The notes: generated from the sequence alone by a model not told the origin. DNA of 64,000 nucleotides from an uncultured delta proteobacterium (GCA_963810935.1 CAWEPK010000012.1:288001-352000), one strand, 5' to 3'; counted from the first letter of the stretch, positions 1-10,762 are shown. A program made the numbers and translations.

Positions 1-99
1 TCTTTCGGGGGGACCAGTTATTTACTTCATTGATTACTCGTGCCCGATTCGAGGAGCAAGACTGACGCGACCGCTGACACTTGCAACGAAGGGGACCGT

Positions 100-1080
100 A
101 TGCAGCAATTTGGAGTTCTGAAGAAGGTCAATATAAGGGATATTTGGAAAAATGAGGCAACAGAATTCACAGTTTGGCTGTGCGACAATTTGCAGGCCCT
201 AGGCACCAGCTTGGAGATGGAATTGGAGTTGGAAAAGAGAGAAGCAGACGTGGGGGATTTTTCCCTTAGAATACTCGCTCGGGACATCAGTCGTAACCGT
301 CTTGTCGTCATTGAGAATCAATTTGGGAGAACTGACCACAGACATTTGGGACAACTTCTGACGTATGCGGCCGGGTTCGACTCCTCTGCCTTATTTGGAT
401 CGCGGAGGGATTCAGGGAGGAGCACCGGCAGACTTTAGATTGGTTGAATCAAAACACGACCGAAAGTATCGACTTTTACGGAGTCGTAATAGAGGCTGCT
501 GCAAATCGACGATTCGAGACCTGTTCCCAACTTCAAATTGGTGGCGTTTCCCAATCAGTGGCGTAAATCCATTGCGCCCACAGCGCAACCGACAAAACGA
601 GGAGAGGCTTATCGCTCTTATTTTCAGAACTTAATCGATGCCTTAAGGGCAAAACGATTCACTTCCGCTCAAAAAGGACAACCCCAGAGCTGGTATTCGT
701 TCTCTTCGGGCATGCCGGGAATTGTATACGGTAACAGCTTTGCCCAAGGTGGACGCGTTCGGGCAGAGATTTATATAGACAGAGGGGACACTGAGCTAAA
801 TAAACGCTTATTCGACAAACTCTTTGAGGATAGACATAATCTGGAAAAGGAGTTTGGAGAACCCCTTGAATGGGAGAGGCTTGACGGCAAACGGGCTTCC
901 AGAATCGTGATCTACAGGCCAGGGAGCATCGAGGATGGCCCAAGGTCACTGGAAGAGATACGCGACTGGTCTATAGAAAAGTTGTTCAAATTAAGAAAAG
1001 TGTTCGCAAAGAAAGTTGAAGCGCTATTGGCCCAGGTGGGAGGCAATGACGGCGGCATAGGGGCGAACTCCGAGCAGTAA
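100..1080 (+). CDS. DUF4268-domain protein with N-terminal NucS/restriction-endonuclease-like domain (two apparent frameshifts near 390 and 495)
   Basis: ORFs 40-438, an intermediate frame and 538-1080 join into one protein. Motifs: '[15 protein letters not shown]', '[24 protein letters not shown]' and C-terminal '[18 protein letters not shown]'. Confidence 0.75.
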
Positions 1081-1371
1081 GCTTGATGGTAAGAAAGCAT
1101 AGAGGGCTCTGGGCCTAAGGAAAGCCCGTTGGACTAAACGCCCAACGATTTGAATGACCCAGATGTTGCCCGTCTCACGTTCCTTTCCTGCATTAAGTGA
1201 TTCAGACCTTTCTGGGACCGTAGCGGCTTTCGGCTGGCAATGTTAACCCCACCTCCCGCACAATGGATAACAAGCCTATCAGTTGAACGTGGTACCCTGC
1301 TGCCTCTTTTGTCAGGAGCTAACCCCACCCGTCACAAGTCACGTCAGAACGTTACGGCCCCGAGGCCCTTC

Positions 1372-3550
1372 TTAATCCTCGCTGACATCGGACTTGCTCA
1401 ACGCCTCACTGGCTTTTTTCTTTTCTTCCACATAATCTAGCTTGATTATGATCGGTCGCTCGCTCTTGATAGCCTTGCCGTAAGCGATAGCTTCGAGAAA
1501 GCGGAGGTTAGGGATGCTTTGCACGTGCCCCGAACTGTACACGTTGCCTAGGTAATTAGGCTCGTCTTGTCGAACAACGAGAAGGTTATGCACGTATTGC
1601 ATTGCGATAGAATCGACTTACTGACAAGAGCGGTACGCTGCGAGACAATTAGAAGGCCAACACCATACTTTCGGCCTTGAAGGGCAATTTGTGATATTCG
1701 ACCTACTATCCATTGCGTGTCGTTGTCAAAACCCGCCCCCATAGTCTCAGGAATTATGGTGTGTGCTTCTTCGAGGACGATTAACACTCTTCGTGCACGC
1801 CTGTTGTTGCGTGCCCACTCCATGATGCTTGAAAGGTATAGTTCGGTCGCCCTCAGGGTTGCCTTTGTGTTTGTGATCTCCGGTAACTCGAAAATTCCCA
1901 AAGATGGCCCAGACTGCAGACAAAAAAACGTTGACCTTTTCTCTGATAGGTTTCCTGATGCTGTCAACAAAAACCTTAAGGTTCTTCTTCTCCTCGGGCG
2001 CTCCGTACGGCGTTGTGTCGACGGCAAAGAGCTTCCGATCGTAGTTCTTCGGCCTGTTTCTGGTCCAATCCTAAAAGCTGGGGGTTGGCGTCTGATAGCC
2101 TTGCCTTGTACTCGCCGGTGAAATCAACACAAAAGACCTTAGTCCCAAGCGATAAACCCTTACGGATTATATCAAACGCAAGCTCCGTCTTCCCGGTGCC
2201 GGTCACGCCTAATATCGCCGTGTGGTATTCCAGCAGGTCGAAGAAGTTAGCCCTGACGGCAATCTCAGAGCTTGGGACTTTGCCTATCACAAACTCATCT
2301 TCCCTTGTGGCTGTATATTTGTATTCGACTGGCGTTGTGGGGACAAAGACGGGGCAGTTCATCGCGGGCAACCAGCCGTATTTCGCGAAGCCCTTTTCAG
2401 CGTGGAGGCACCCTAGCTGAGCGGCCGTAACGATATGCTTCCCCCTCGGGTTTCTGCCGAAGCTCTCTTCCGCTGTTCTTGCGTCCAGTATTTGGTAGAA
2501 CACCGTTTGATCGCCCTGCCGACAAAATGATAGCATGCCTTCTTCTATCTTCATGTCCGAGGAAACCTCGAACTTGATAGCCGAGATATTGGAGTCTTCG
2601 ACGACAAAACCAAGGAGATGTGCCCCGCTGTCGAGCCCGCTCAACTCCTTCAAAATGCCCGTACAGTCCGTGCAGTTTTCCCCTAGATATACCGTTCCAG
2701 GCGTTAGACCGTCTACGGGCGTATTCGCTTCCTTACGGCATAAGGCAGTACCCACAGGTTGGTCTTCCTCAAGATGGCTGAACAGACAGAGAGCCTCAAC
2801 CTGTCTGCCGTCAGGCAGACACACTAAAGACACCGTGTTTGGTTGCCAGTTCTCGGGCGACGTCAACGCCACTCGAATGATATTCGGGTTATCCACGCGT
2901 GTGATAGTCCCGAGCACCGCATGAAGGTTCACAGTACGGGAGGTAAGCCTTAGCTCTCGAACTATGCGGAAGACAAGCTCCACAGGCCTCACCGCCACCA
3001 TCAAAACCCACGCGAAAAGGAGCCACAACTGTTGCATAGGGGCGTGCTGATAATATCCGAGGATGCTTACTAAAGCAGGGGGCGTAAAGACTATCTCTCC
3101 CTTTCCGAGCGTGTCGCTGATCCTGTAGCCTAGGACTGCTGTTTGCTTCTTGATGGGGTGCTGACTGGGGTCTAGATCAACAAGGCCCATTGCTGTGATA
3201 GCGCAGATCGAAGTGACTATGTCTATCCCGATAATAATCCAGCGAAAGATGTTTAGCGGCTCCTGGAGCAGCGCGACACCTGCCAAATCCAAGGTGCTGA
3301 AAAGAAGAGCCGAAGTGACCGCATTCACTAAGGCGTTACGAGGCGGGCGAAACCAAGGGGCAGTTAACTGAGTCAGAAAGAAGAATCCAATGCCACTGAG
3401 GAACCATAGCCGTTTGCCGGAGGTCGAAGGAAACCATTCACCCGTAACGCATATGCTCAACAGAACAAGAATGCCCGCGTACAGGAAGAGGGCAGATAGA
3501 CGTTCCTTTTGTGTCGGATATGCCGTGCCCTTGTAATCGTCATCCGGCAT
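1372..3550 (-). CDS. HerA/FtsK-superfamily (DUF87) ATPase with N-terminal multi-TM domain and HAS-barrel-like region (frameshifts near 2040, 1915, 1555)
   Basis: Walker A GVTGTGKT, Walker B VLIVLEEAH, QGRKYG and VSQR motifs spread over ORFs 1976-3550, 1548-2027 and 1372-1602. The first ~200 aa are strongly hydrophobic. Confidence 0.8.
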
Positions 3551-3850
3551 AGTGATCGCTCACGCAAAGACTGGCGGCTGGAAGTGCAAAAGTAACATCC
3601 GCAGCTCGGTGTCCGAGCAGCCAAAGACTCTATACCGTTATACAACTTTAAGTTCTCATGGTCAAGAACGAATACAATCGTTGAAGGATGGTTTGGCGGG
3701 ATTACATTGCTCATGGTAATGAGCGGTTCAAAGGCATTAGACTCGGCGCCGGATTTGCAGACATTGTCATTACCCTATCCGCCTTGCTCATCCGATGTCC
3801 TCATATCAATAATTTTGCAACCCTGTACAGACTATGTAGCTGCCTTTTTC

Positions 3851-3913
3851 GCGGCCGGAGGGATTTTTGGATTTCCCCGGGACGGGGGAAAGGCGCGAAA
3901 ATAGCCCGGCCGC
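3851..3913 (+). repeat. Intergenic palindromic repeat family, copy 1 (internally deleted)
   Basis: Ends gcggccgg...ccggccgc. The 30-nt ggggaaaggcgcgaaaatagcccggccgca is identical to the 3' end of the copy at 4709-4832. Confidence 0.75.
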
Positions 3914-3996
3914 ATCGCTTCCGCTGATATTGACTTATCACCGAAGATACCTACCTTAGCCCCAGAAGCTTACGGCAAAAGCAAAGGAGGGCAATA

Positions 3997-4696
3997 ATGA
4001 AAATTCTAATGGTTCTGACGTCACATGATCGATTGGGCAACACCGGCCGCAAGACCGGCTTTTGGCTGGAGGAATTCGCGGCGCCCTACTATGTATTCCG
4101 TGATGCCGGTGTGGACATCACACTGGCCTCGCCTAAAGGGTGGGCAGCCGCCGATCGATCCGAAGAGCGACTTGCCCGAGGAGCAGACTCCTGCGATGAC
4201 ACGGTTCAAGCAGGACGCGGAAGCGCAAAAGGCCCTGTCCCGGACACTCAAGCTGTCCCATATGAAGTCGGAGGATTTTGACACCATATTCTACGTGGGC
4301 GGCCACGGTCCGATGTGGGACCTCGTAGACAACCCCGACTCCATCGCCTTGATCGAGTCTTTCTACAACTCAGGGAAGCCCGTCGCCGCGGTCTGCCATT
4401 CACCGGCCGTGTTCCATCGGGTGATGTACAAGGGCGCTCCGCTCATAAAGGGCAAGCGGGTAACCGGCTTCACCAACGGAGAAGAAGAGGCGGTCCACCT
4501 CACCAATGTCGTGCCCTTCCTTGTCGAGGACGAGCTGAAGAAGGTCGGCGGCCTCTATGAGAAGGCGGCCGATTGGGAGAGCTTTGCAATCGTGGACGGC
4601 CGCATCGTCACGGGGCAGAACCCTGCCTCGTCCACGGCCGCAGCTAAGGCCCTCATGAGTGTAGTCGCCGAGAAGAAGAAGGAGAAGGCTGCTTAG
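3997..4696 (+). CDS. Type 1 glutamine amidotransferase-like DJ-1/PfpI family protein (frameshift near 4140)
   Basis: MKILMVLTSHD...TGFWLEE, GGHGPMWDL, AVCHSP, VTGQNPAS motifs; ggagg RBS upstream. Confidence 0.9.
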
Positions 4697-4708
4697 TTAT
4701 AACAGTTC

Positions 4709-4832
4709 CGGCCGGAGAGATTTTCGACGAATTTCCCCGTGATCGAGAGGCCGCCGCCCGGAGCGTACATTTGAGTACGTGAGGACGCGCGGACCCGAGA
4801 GACAGGGGAAAGGCGCGAAAATAGCCCGGCCG
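4709..4832 (+). repeat. Intergenic palindromic repeat family, copy 2
   Basis: cggccggagagatttt ... gcgtac-N-gtacgtgaggacgc ... cccggccg; this core is shared with copies 3-5. Confidence 0.8.
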
Positions 4833-4925
4833 CAGGTTGACAATTCCGATGCCCGGCCCCATATAATTCTCTAGGGGCCGGGCGCGTCTATTTCTGTCCG
4901 TCTATTCAAACAGGGGTCGAATTAA

Positions 4926-6261
4926 ATGAGGCAAATCACGGTGGGCATGGAGCTGCGGTCGTATCTCGCCTTCCTTCCCGGTACGCGCTTCCTCTTCGGG
5001 AAGTTTGCGAGGAGCGTCCTCACCCTCGTAACAGGCACCACGGTCTCCCAGGTCCTGCCGGTGCTTATCGCCCCCTTCCTCACGCGGATGTACGCGCCGG
5101 ACGCTTTCGGCATATTCTCGGTCTACGCGGCCTGGTGCCTGATTATCGGCGCAGGCGCGACCGGGCGCTACGAGTCTGGCGATCATGCTCCCCGAAGAAG
5201 ACGAGGAGGCGATCAATCTTGCCTTCCTTTCGGCCCTCATCGCCTTGATCGTAAGCGCCGCGTGTCTGGCCTGCATCCTCCTGTCGGGGCCGGTGCTGCA
5301 TAAGTTCTTCGGCATGGGGCATATTCCCGTGTGGCTCTACCTCGTACCGATGACTGCGGCCATCGCGTCTTTGCGGACCGCTGCGACGTACTGGCTCAAC
5401 CGGCGGCGCGAATTCCGCGTGATAGCGGCCAACCGCGTCGGCCAGTCCGGGACAAGCGCTTGCGGGCAGCTCGGCTTTGCCTTCCTCCCTTGGGGCGGCG
5501 GCGGGTTGATCGCGGGCAACATCCTCGGCAACGCTGCCTCCACCTTTTCGCTGTGCCGGCGCATCTGGAAGGAAGAGAAAGGAAAGAAGTACTCGGTCTG
5601 CCGGGCAAGCCTCCTGAAAGCGGCGGGCCGGTACAGGAAGTTCCCGCAGTTCTCGGTGGCCGGCGGACTGCTCAACACGATCTCTTTGCAGATGCCCGCA
5701 ATCCTGCTGGCCTGGCTCTACAGCCCTGTCGTCCTGGGGTATTACGCCATTGTCGACAGGATCCTCTGCCTGCCGACCACTCTCATCTCCACCGCGATAG
5801 CGGACGTCTTCAGGCAACGGGCCAGCGACGAATACCGGCGCAACAACGGCTGCCGCGGGCTGCTCTTACGCTCTACCCTTTCACTCCTTTTGTTCGGCCT
5901 GCCGCCCTTCTGCCTTGTCGCCGCTTTCGGCCCGTCAGCGTTTGCCTTCGTCTTCGGCGAAACCTGGCGCGACGCCGGCGTTTATGCGCGCCTCCTGGCC
6001 GTCATGTTCCTCTTCCGCTTTGCCTTCGCGCCGATGTCGGGGACGGTGATCCAGATAACAGAGCGCCTCGAGATAGATACCATCTGGCAATCGGTGCTGC
6101 TCGTCCTTTCATTCCTGTCGATCTTCGTGGGCTACTATTATTTCCACAGCGTCTACGCAAGCCTTACCCTGTATGCGGCCGTCTATGCGGTCATGTACAT
6201 CGCGGGTTTCGTGCCTGCGCTGGTCCTCTCCGGCCGCCCGGCCGGCCGCCAGAACGGTTGA
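4926..6261 (+). CDS. Wzx-type oligosaccharide flippase (frameshift near 5180)
   Basis: 'VLTLVTGTTVSQVLPVLIAPFLTRMYAPDAFGIF', 'RYRKFPQFS', many TM segments. Confidence 0.85.
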
Positions 6262-6395
6262 CAATTATGCCTGCCATACCTACCTTTTGCCTTAGGGCGT
6301 TAACCGTGGGTCGGGGCATGGGTACATACTGCACAAGCTCAAAAGCTCTCTTTCCCTTCTATTGAAAGGGTATCCCTGCCTCTTTCCTATGCGAG

Positions 6396-7121
6396 ATGAA
6401 AAGGCAGATATGGTCGGACGTCGAGAGCTACGCACTGCGCAGGGACTTGAGCGTGCCTCATCCCGCGCCTCCCGCGTCGATACCGATCGCAGTCAGGCCC
6501 TTTGCGGCGGACGATGCGAAATACTTTGCAGGGCCTACGGGGTTCCTGCGCAGGCTGACGATAACGCGGACGGACCGGGCGTCGCGGAGCACGTTCATTG
6601 AAGCGGGCATCCCTTCGGCTTACGTGGCGGTGACGGAAGACGGGACGCCCTGTTTCATACAGTGGCTTATCGCGCCGTCGGCAGGCGTTAAGGCGGAGAC
6701 ATATAGGAACGAGTATCCTCCCCCTCTATCGGACGACGAGGCCATAATGGAGAACGCCTTCGTCCCGAAGGGCCACCGGGGCAAGAAAATCATGGCGTGC
6801 GCCATGGCGCAGGTGGCAGAAAAAGGGAGGGAGACGGGCTGCCGATGGGCCACCACCAACGTCGAGGCGTGGAACATAGCCTCCCTTCGCGGGTGCCTGG
6901 CTGCCGGCTTCCATCCTTACGCCTTCAGGAGAATCACGTGGCGGGCATTCAGGCGTGAATACAGTTTTGCCTGGCTGAAGGAATGGCAGTGCAGGAAACT
7001 GGAATCCTTATGGCGGCGGGGACTCCTGTCGGAAAAGGGACCGAACGTAGGTAAAAACACCGCATGGCGGGCGGGAGCCGAAAGCGGGGTGCGCGAGTCT
7101 GCCGCCGGGGGCGGGAGATGA
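6396..7121 (+). CDS. GNAT-family N-acetyltransferase-like protein
   Basis: Acetyl-CoA-binding-like 'FVPKGHRGKKIM' and 'NIASLRGCLAAGF'. Confidence 0.65.
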   Translation: MKRQIWSDVESYALRRDLSVPHPAPPASIPIAVRPFAADDAKYFAGPTGFLRRLTITRTDRASRSTFIEAGIPSAYVAVTEDGTPCFIQWLIAPSAGVKAETYRNEYPPPLSDDEAIMENAFVPKGHRGKKIMACAMAQVAEKGRETGCRWATTNVEAWNIASLRGCLAAGFHPYAFRRITWRAFRREYSFAWLKEWQCRKLESLWRRGLLSEKGPNVGKNTAWRAGAESGVRESAAGGGR

Positions 7122-7750
7122 GGGCGGAACATCTCCTTCAGCGGCTCGTGGGAAAACTGACCGGCCCGGGGTTCGAGGACGGGGCAAAGAGGAAACGGCT
7201 CGCATCTTCCTATGCCAAAGGCAAAATTCTCGACATCGGGATGTCCGAGAACCCCAATGAATACCTGACCGGGGCGCAGGTGACGGGCCTCGACGTGACG
7301 CGCCCTGCCGCGATGCCCGCGAATTACTCAAGGTTCGTCCAGGGGGATTGCACGCAACTTAGCGCAACCCTCGGCGGCGAGACGTTCGATACGATAATCG
7401 CCCTTGAAGTGATCGAGCACCTGCCCGACTGGGTGGAGTTCTTCAGGCAGGCCCACCGGTCCCTCCGCAGCGACGGCAGGCTGATCGTCTCCACCCCCTG
7501 CCCGGTGCTTTGGCGGACGGTCCTCGGGAACGCCCTATTCCCGAAAGGCGTATCGATGGAAGGCGGCGGCACCGGCGGAAAGATCGCATGCAAGCCGTAT
7601 TACGGCCACGTCGTATTGCACCAGCCCCGTATCCTCAACGCCGTAGCCGCAGAGCTTGGCTTCAGGCTCCTCGAAATACGCAACTCCTCCCGATCCTCTT
7701 CCCTTCCGTTCTTTCAAAAAAATATGCTGTACGTGTACGCGCGAAATTAA
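7118..7750 (+). CDS. Class I SAM-dependent methyltransferase
   Basis: 'ILDIG', 'VTGLD', 'FDTIIALEVIEHL', 'GRLIVSTP'; start overlaps the upstream stop (ATGA). Confidence 0.8.
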   Translation: MRAEHLLQRLVGKLTGPGFEDGAKRKRLASSYAKGKILDIGMSENPNEYLTGAQVTGLDVTRPAAMPANYSRFVQGDCTQLSATLGGETFDTIIALEVIEHLPDWVEFFRQAHRSLRSDGRLIVSTPCPVLWRTVLGNALFPKGVSMEGGGTGGKIACKPYYGHVVLHQPRILNAVAAELGFRLLEIRNSSRSSSLPFFQKNMLYVYARN

Positions 7751-7839
7751 AGCCGTTAGGCGCGGTCCCTCTTTCCCCCTTGGTTTTACGGCCGATTTCT
7801 GCTAACTTACAGTGGTCAAGATTTATTCAAGGAGGCGCC

Positions 7840-9006
7840 ATGAGCGGCTACCATAAGAGGGACCTCGATAACTTTCCCATGCACTCCATAAAGAGGGTTG
7901 ACCGCCCCACGACCGGCATCATCGATAACGCGGTAAAGAGGGTCGATGAGCGGGACAGCGGCTTCAACAAAGCCGCCCTCGGCGTCTACGGCCCCGTACT
8001 TGCGAGGGAAAGGAACCGCTTCGTGATGAAGCATCCCCTTTCCGGCGCGCTGGGGAACATGCAGGTGTTCCTGCGCAAAATCGTCGACGGAGTGGCGGCC
8101 GCCCAGCAGGCGCCCTTGCCCGAGGACCCGGAAGTCATCGCAAAGCATATCAAGGAGACGGCCTATTTTCTGAGGGCCGACGCAGTCGGCATTTGCAAGC
8201 TGCCGCCTTATGCAGTTTACTCGAAAAGCTTCCCGCACGGCGAGCCCGTCGAATTAACGCACAAGTACGCCATAGCGATACTGATCGACCAGGACTGGCG
8301 GACCTCAATGGCGACGAACGGCCACAACTGGATCAGCAACTCCATGAGTTTCATGGCCTATTCGGCCTCCGGGTTCATCGCCTGCATCCTTGCCGATTAT
8401 ATCCGCAGGCTCGGATACCCGGCCAGGGCGCACCACGCCCGCAACTACCAGGTGGTCGTCCCGCCTATCCTGCTCTGGGCTGGGCTCGGCGAGATGAGCC
8501 GCATCGGGGACTGCGTGCTCCATCCATTCATGGGGCCGAGGTTCAAAGCGGCAGTCGTTACTACGGACCTGCCGATGGCGGTGGACAAGCCCATCGAGTT
8601 CGGCGTCCAGGACTTTTGCTCGAAGTGCAAGAAATGCGCGCGGGCATGCCCTTCGGGCGCGTTGAGCGACGGCGGCAAGGAGATGTACAACGGCTACGAG
8701 CGCTGGCCGAGCGACATACGCAAATGCACCACGATGCGGGTAGGCAACCAGCGCGGCTCCGGCTGCGGCACCTGCATCAAGGCCTGCCCCTGGAACAAGC
8801 CTTACACACCCCTCCACAGGGCGGTAGGCTGGGCGGTGAGACATTCCGATATCGCGAGGAGCATGGCCATCCTCGGCGACGGCCTGATGGGCTACGGCAA
8901 GCCCCACCCGGACGAGCAATGGTGGCTCGACCTCGAAGAGGTGGACGGCGTAGTGCAGTCGCCCCGTAAGCACAAGGGGAAGCACCTCTGGTCCGCCGAC
9001 GACTAG
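7840..9006 (+). CDS. rdhA: Reductive dehalogenase (cobalamin, two Fe-S clusters), no Tat signal
   Basis: 'PMHSIKRVDRPTT', 'ARAHHARNY', 'AGLGEMSRIGD', 'GPRFK', 'TTDLP', 'FCSKCKKCARACP' and 'C...CGTCIKACPW'; ggagg RBS before the ATG at 7840. Confidence 0.85.
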   Translation: MSGYHKRDLDNFPMHSIKRVDRPTTGIIDNAVKRVDERDSGFNKAALGVYGPVLARERNRFVMKHPLSGALGNMQVFLRKIVDGVAAAQQAPLPEDPEVIAKHIKETAYFLRADAVGICKLPPYAVYSKSFPHGEPVELTHKYAIAILIDQDWRTSMATNGHNWISNSMSFMAYSASGFIACILADYIRRLGYPARAHHARNYQVVVPPILLWAGLGEMSRIGDCVLHPFMGPRFKAAVVTTDLPMAVDKPIEFGVQDFCSKCKKCARACPSGALSDGGKEMYNGYERWPSDIRKCTTMRVGNQRGSGCGTCIKACPWNKPYTPLHRAVGWAVRHSDIARSMAILGDGLMGYGKPHPDEQWWLDLEEVDGVVQSPRKHKGKHLWSADD

Positions 9007-9111
9007 TGCGGGCAACTGCAAGCGTCGCCTTGAAAGCTAAATAGCGAAATGGTAGATTATGCCTATGCACCTGCAAGGAAATAGGCGGGTCAGGCCGGAC
9101 CGGAGGTTGCC

Positions 9112-9756
9112 ATGAATGATCTCGGCAAGCTGGTCGGGGCGCTTCTCGACGGCGATACGGCCGTTTCCCTGGCCGAAGCAGGAGCCCTCAGGCGCGCAGG
9201 CGTGAGCGTCGAGCGCATCGTGACCGAAGGCGTCGAGTCCGCAATGCAATCCCTGGACGGCAAGTGCACCCTTGAACAGTTCAACCTCCTTGAGATCATG
9301 CTCGTCGGACGGGCGGTAACGGGGGTGATGAAATCCCTCTTTCCCGAGGGCATTCCGTCGACCGGCGCAGGCACCGTTGTCATCGCCGCCCTCGAAGGAG
9401 ACATCCACGACCTGGGCAAGAACATCCTGAAGATGGTCCTCACCGGCAACGGATATCGTGTCGCCGACTGCGGCAAAGACTGTCCCCTCGAAAGACTCCT
9501 CGACGCCGCCGAAAAAGAGATGCCCCTCGCCGTGGGGGTGAGCGGCCTTATCACGCCCGTCGTCCCTCTCGTCCGCCGCCTGCGTCCCCTCCTGAAGGAG
9601 CGCGGACTCGGACACATCAAGGTGATGGCCGGAGGGGCCGCCCTCAAGCAGTCCTCGGCGGAAGGATTGAATGTTGACTACGTCGCGGAATCCGCCTTCG
9701 ATGGGGCCCGATACATCGCGGGTATTGCGGGGAGGCCCGGCAATGAACAGCCTTGA
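9112..9756 (+). CDS. Cobalamin-binding corrinoid protein (methyltransferase cognate)
   Basis: DxHxxG motif 'EGDIHDLGKNI', 'VSGL', 'VMAGGAA'. Confidence 0.9.
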   Translation: MNDLGKLVGALLDGDTAVSLAEAGALRRAGVSVERIVTEGVESAMQSLDGKCTLEQFNLLEIMLVGRAVTGVMKSLFPEGIPSTGAGTVVIAALEGDIHDLGKNILKMVLTGNGYRVADCGKDCPLERLLDAAEKEMPLAVGVSGLITPVVPLVRRLRPLLKERGLGHIKVMAGGAALKQSSAEGLNVDYVAESAFDGARYIAGIAGRPGNEQP

Positions 9757-10756
9757 GCGCGTTCGCGCGTGCGTCGGCTTCGGGGAGACCGACCGCGTCC
9801 CGGTTATCCCCCAGGTTTTCGGACACGCCGCGATGATGCAGGGCGTCCCCCTGGACGCGTACGTTCAGGACGGCGACCTTATCGCCAGGTGCCAGGCCTA
9901 CGCGCTGGATAGATACCGCTATGACGCGGTTTTCACGGTGATGGACGTGAGCGTCGAGGCGGAAGCCATGGGCGCGTCCCTCAGGTACTTCACCAATGCA
10001 TATCCCGTGATCGAGACCCGGCCGCTCGCCGCAGCGGACGACTGGAGCACGTTCCCCATGCCCGATCCCGGCCGGGCCGGCCGGATGCCGGAGATGCTCA
10101 AGGCCTTGAAAATCCTGCGGCACGACCTCGGCGATAGGTTTCCGGTCGTCGGCTGCGTGATGGGACCACTGACGCTCGCGGCCCAGCTCCTCGGCGCGGA
10201 GGAAGTCCTCTACCTGGCCATCGACGAGCCCGAACGGTTCGCCGGCCTGCTCGATTTTTCTGCGGAAGTGGCGCTCAGGTTCGGCGTCGCGCAAATAGAG
10301 GCAGGCGCCCATATCCCGCTCGTCTTCGATCCCTTTGCGTCCCCCGCCGTCATTCCGGCACAGCTCTTCCGCGAGTTCGAGCTTCCACACCTTAAAAGGG
10401 TTTTTGAAGGTTTCGCGCGGCATGGCGCCCTCGCGAGCTGGCTCCATATAGCTGGACCCGCGCAGCCTATACTTCACCTCTACCCCTCCGCCGGCGTCGA
10501 TATCGCCAATTTCGACTATTGCGTTTCTCCCGCCGAGGCCCGGTACCGGCTTCCCGCCTCCTGTCTCGACGGGAACGTAAGACCTATGTCTTTCATCGAT
10601 GGAAGTCCCGAGGATATCCGCGCGGAGGCGTCATCGCTCCTCGGGTCGTTCCGGGACCGGCGCGGGTTCATTCTTTCGTCCGGATGCGAGATCCCGCCGG
10701 AGTCGAAGCCTGAAAACGTCGCAGCCCTCGTTGAAGCGGCCAAAAGCAAGAGTTAG
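9743..10756 (+). CDS. UroD-superfamily MtaA/CmuA-type methylcobamide methyltransferase
   Basis: 'DRVPVIP', 'VEAEAMGA', 'GRMPEMLKA', 'GPLTLA', 'LHIAG', 'FILSSGCEIP'; overlaps the corrinoid gene. Confidence 0.85.
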   Translation: MNSLERVRACVGFGETDRVPVIPQVFGHAAMMQGVPLDAYVQDGDLIARCQAYALDRYRYDAVFTVMDVSVEAEAMGASLRYFTNAYPVIETRPLAAADDWSTFPMPDPGRAGRMPEMLKALKILRHDLGDRFPVVGCVMGPLTLAAQLLGAEEVLYLAIDEPERFAGLLDFSAEVALRFGVAQIEAGAHIPLVFDPFASPAVIPAQLFREFELPHLKRVFEGFARHGALASWLHIAGPAQPILHLYPSAGVDIANFDYCVSPAEARYRLPASCLDGNVRPMSFIDGSPEDIRAEASSLLGSFRDRRGFILSSGCEIPPESKPENVAALVEAAKSKS

Positions 10757-10762
10757 CGCCGG

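Noticed and set aside
1139..1362. Possible integron attC sites (gcccaac..., two taaccccacc...cacaa direct repeats) between the convergent genes
   Set aside because: I could not pair R''/R' and L boxes into a proper attC hairpin, the flanking genes converge, and no integrase is in view.
4837..4883. TTGACA...TATAAT promoter with the -10 enclosed in a 10-bp inverted repeat, upstream of wzx
   Set aside because: The 19-bp spacer is non-optimal, and I cannot tell an operator from a terminator or repeat remnant here.
7510..7839. N-terminal extension of RdhA as a possible Tat leader
   Set aside because: It overlaps the methyltransferase gene in another frame and has no Tat motif with a hydrophobic core; a good RBS precedes the ATG at 7840.
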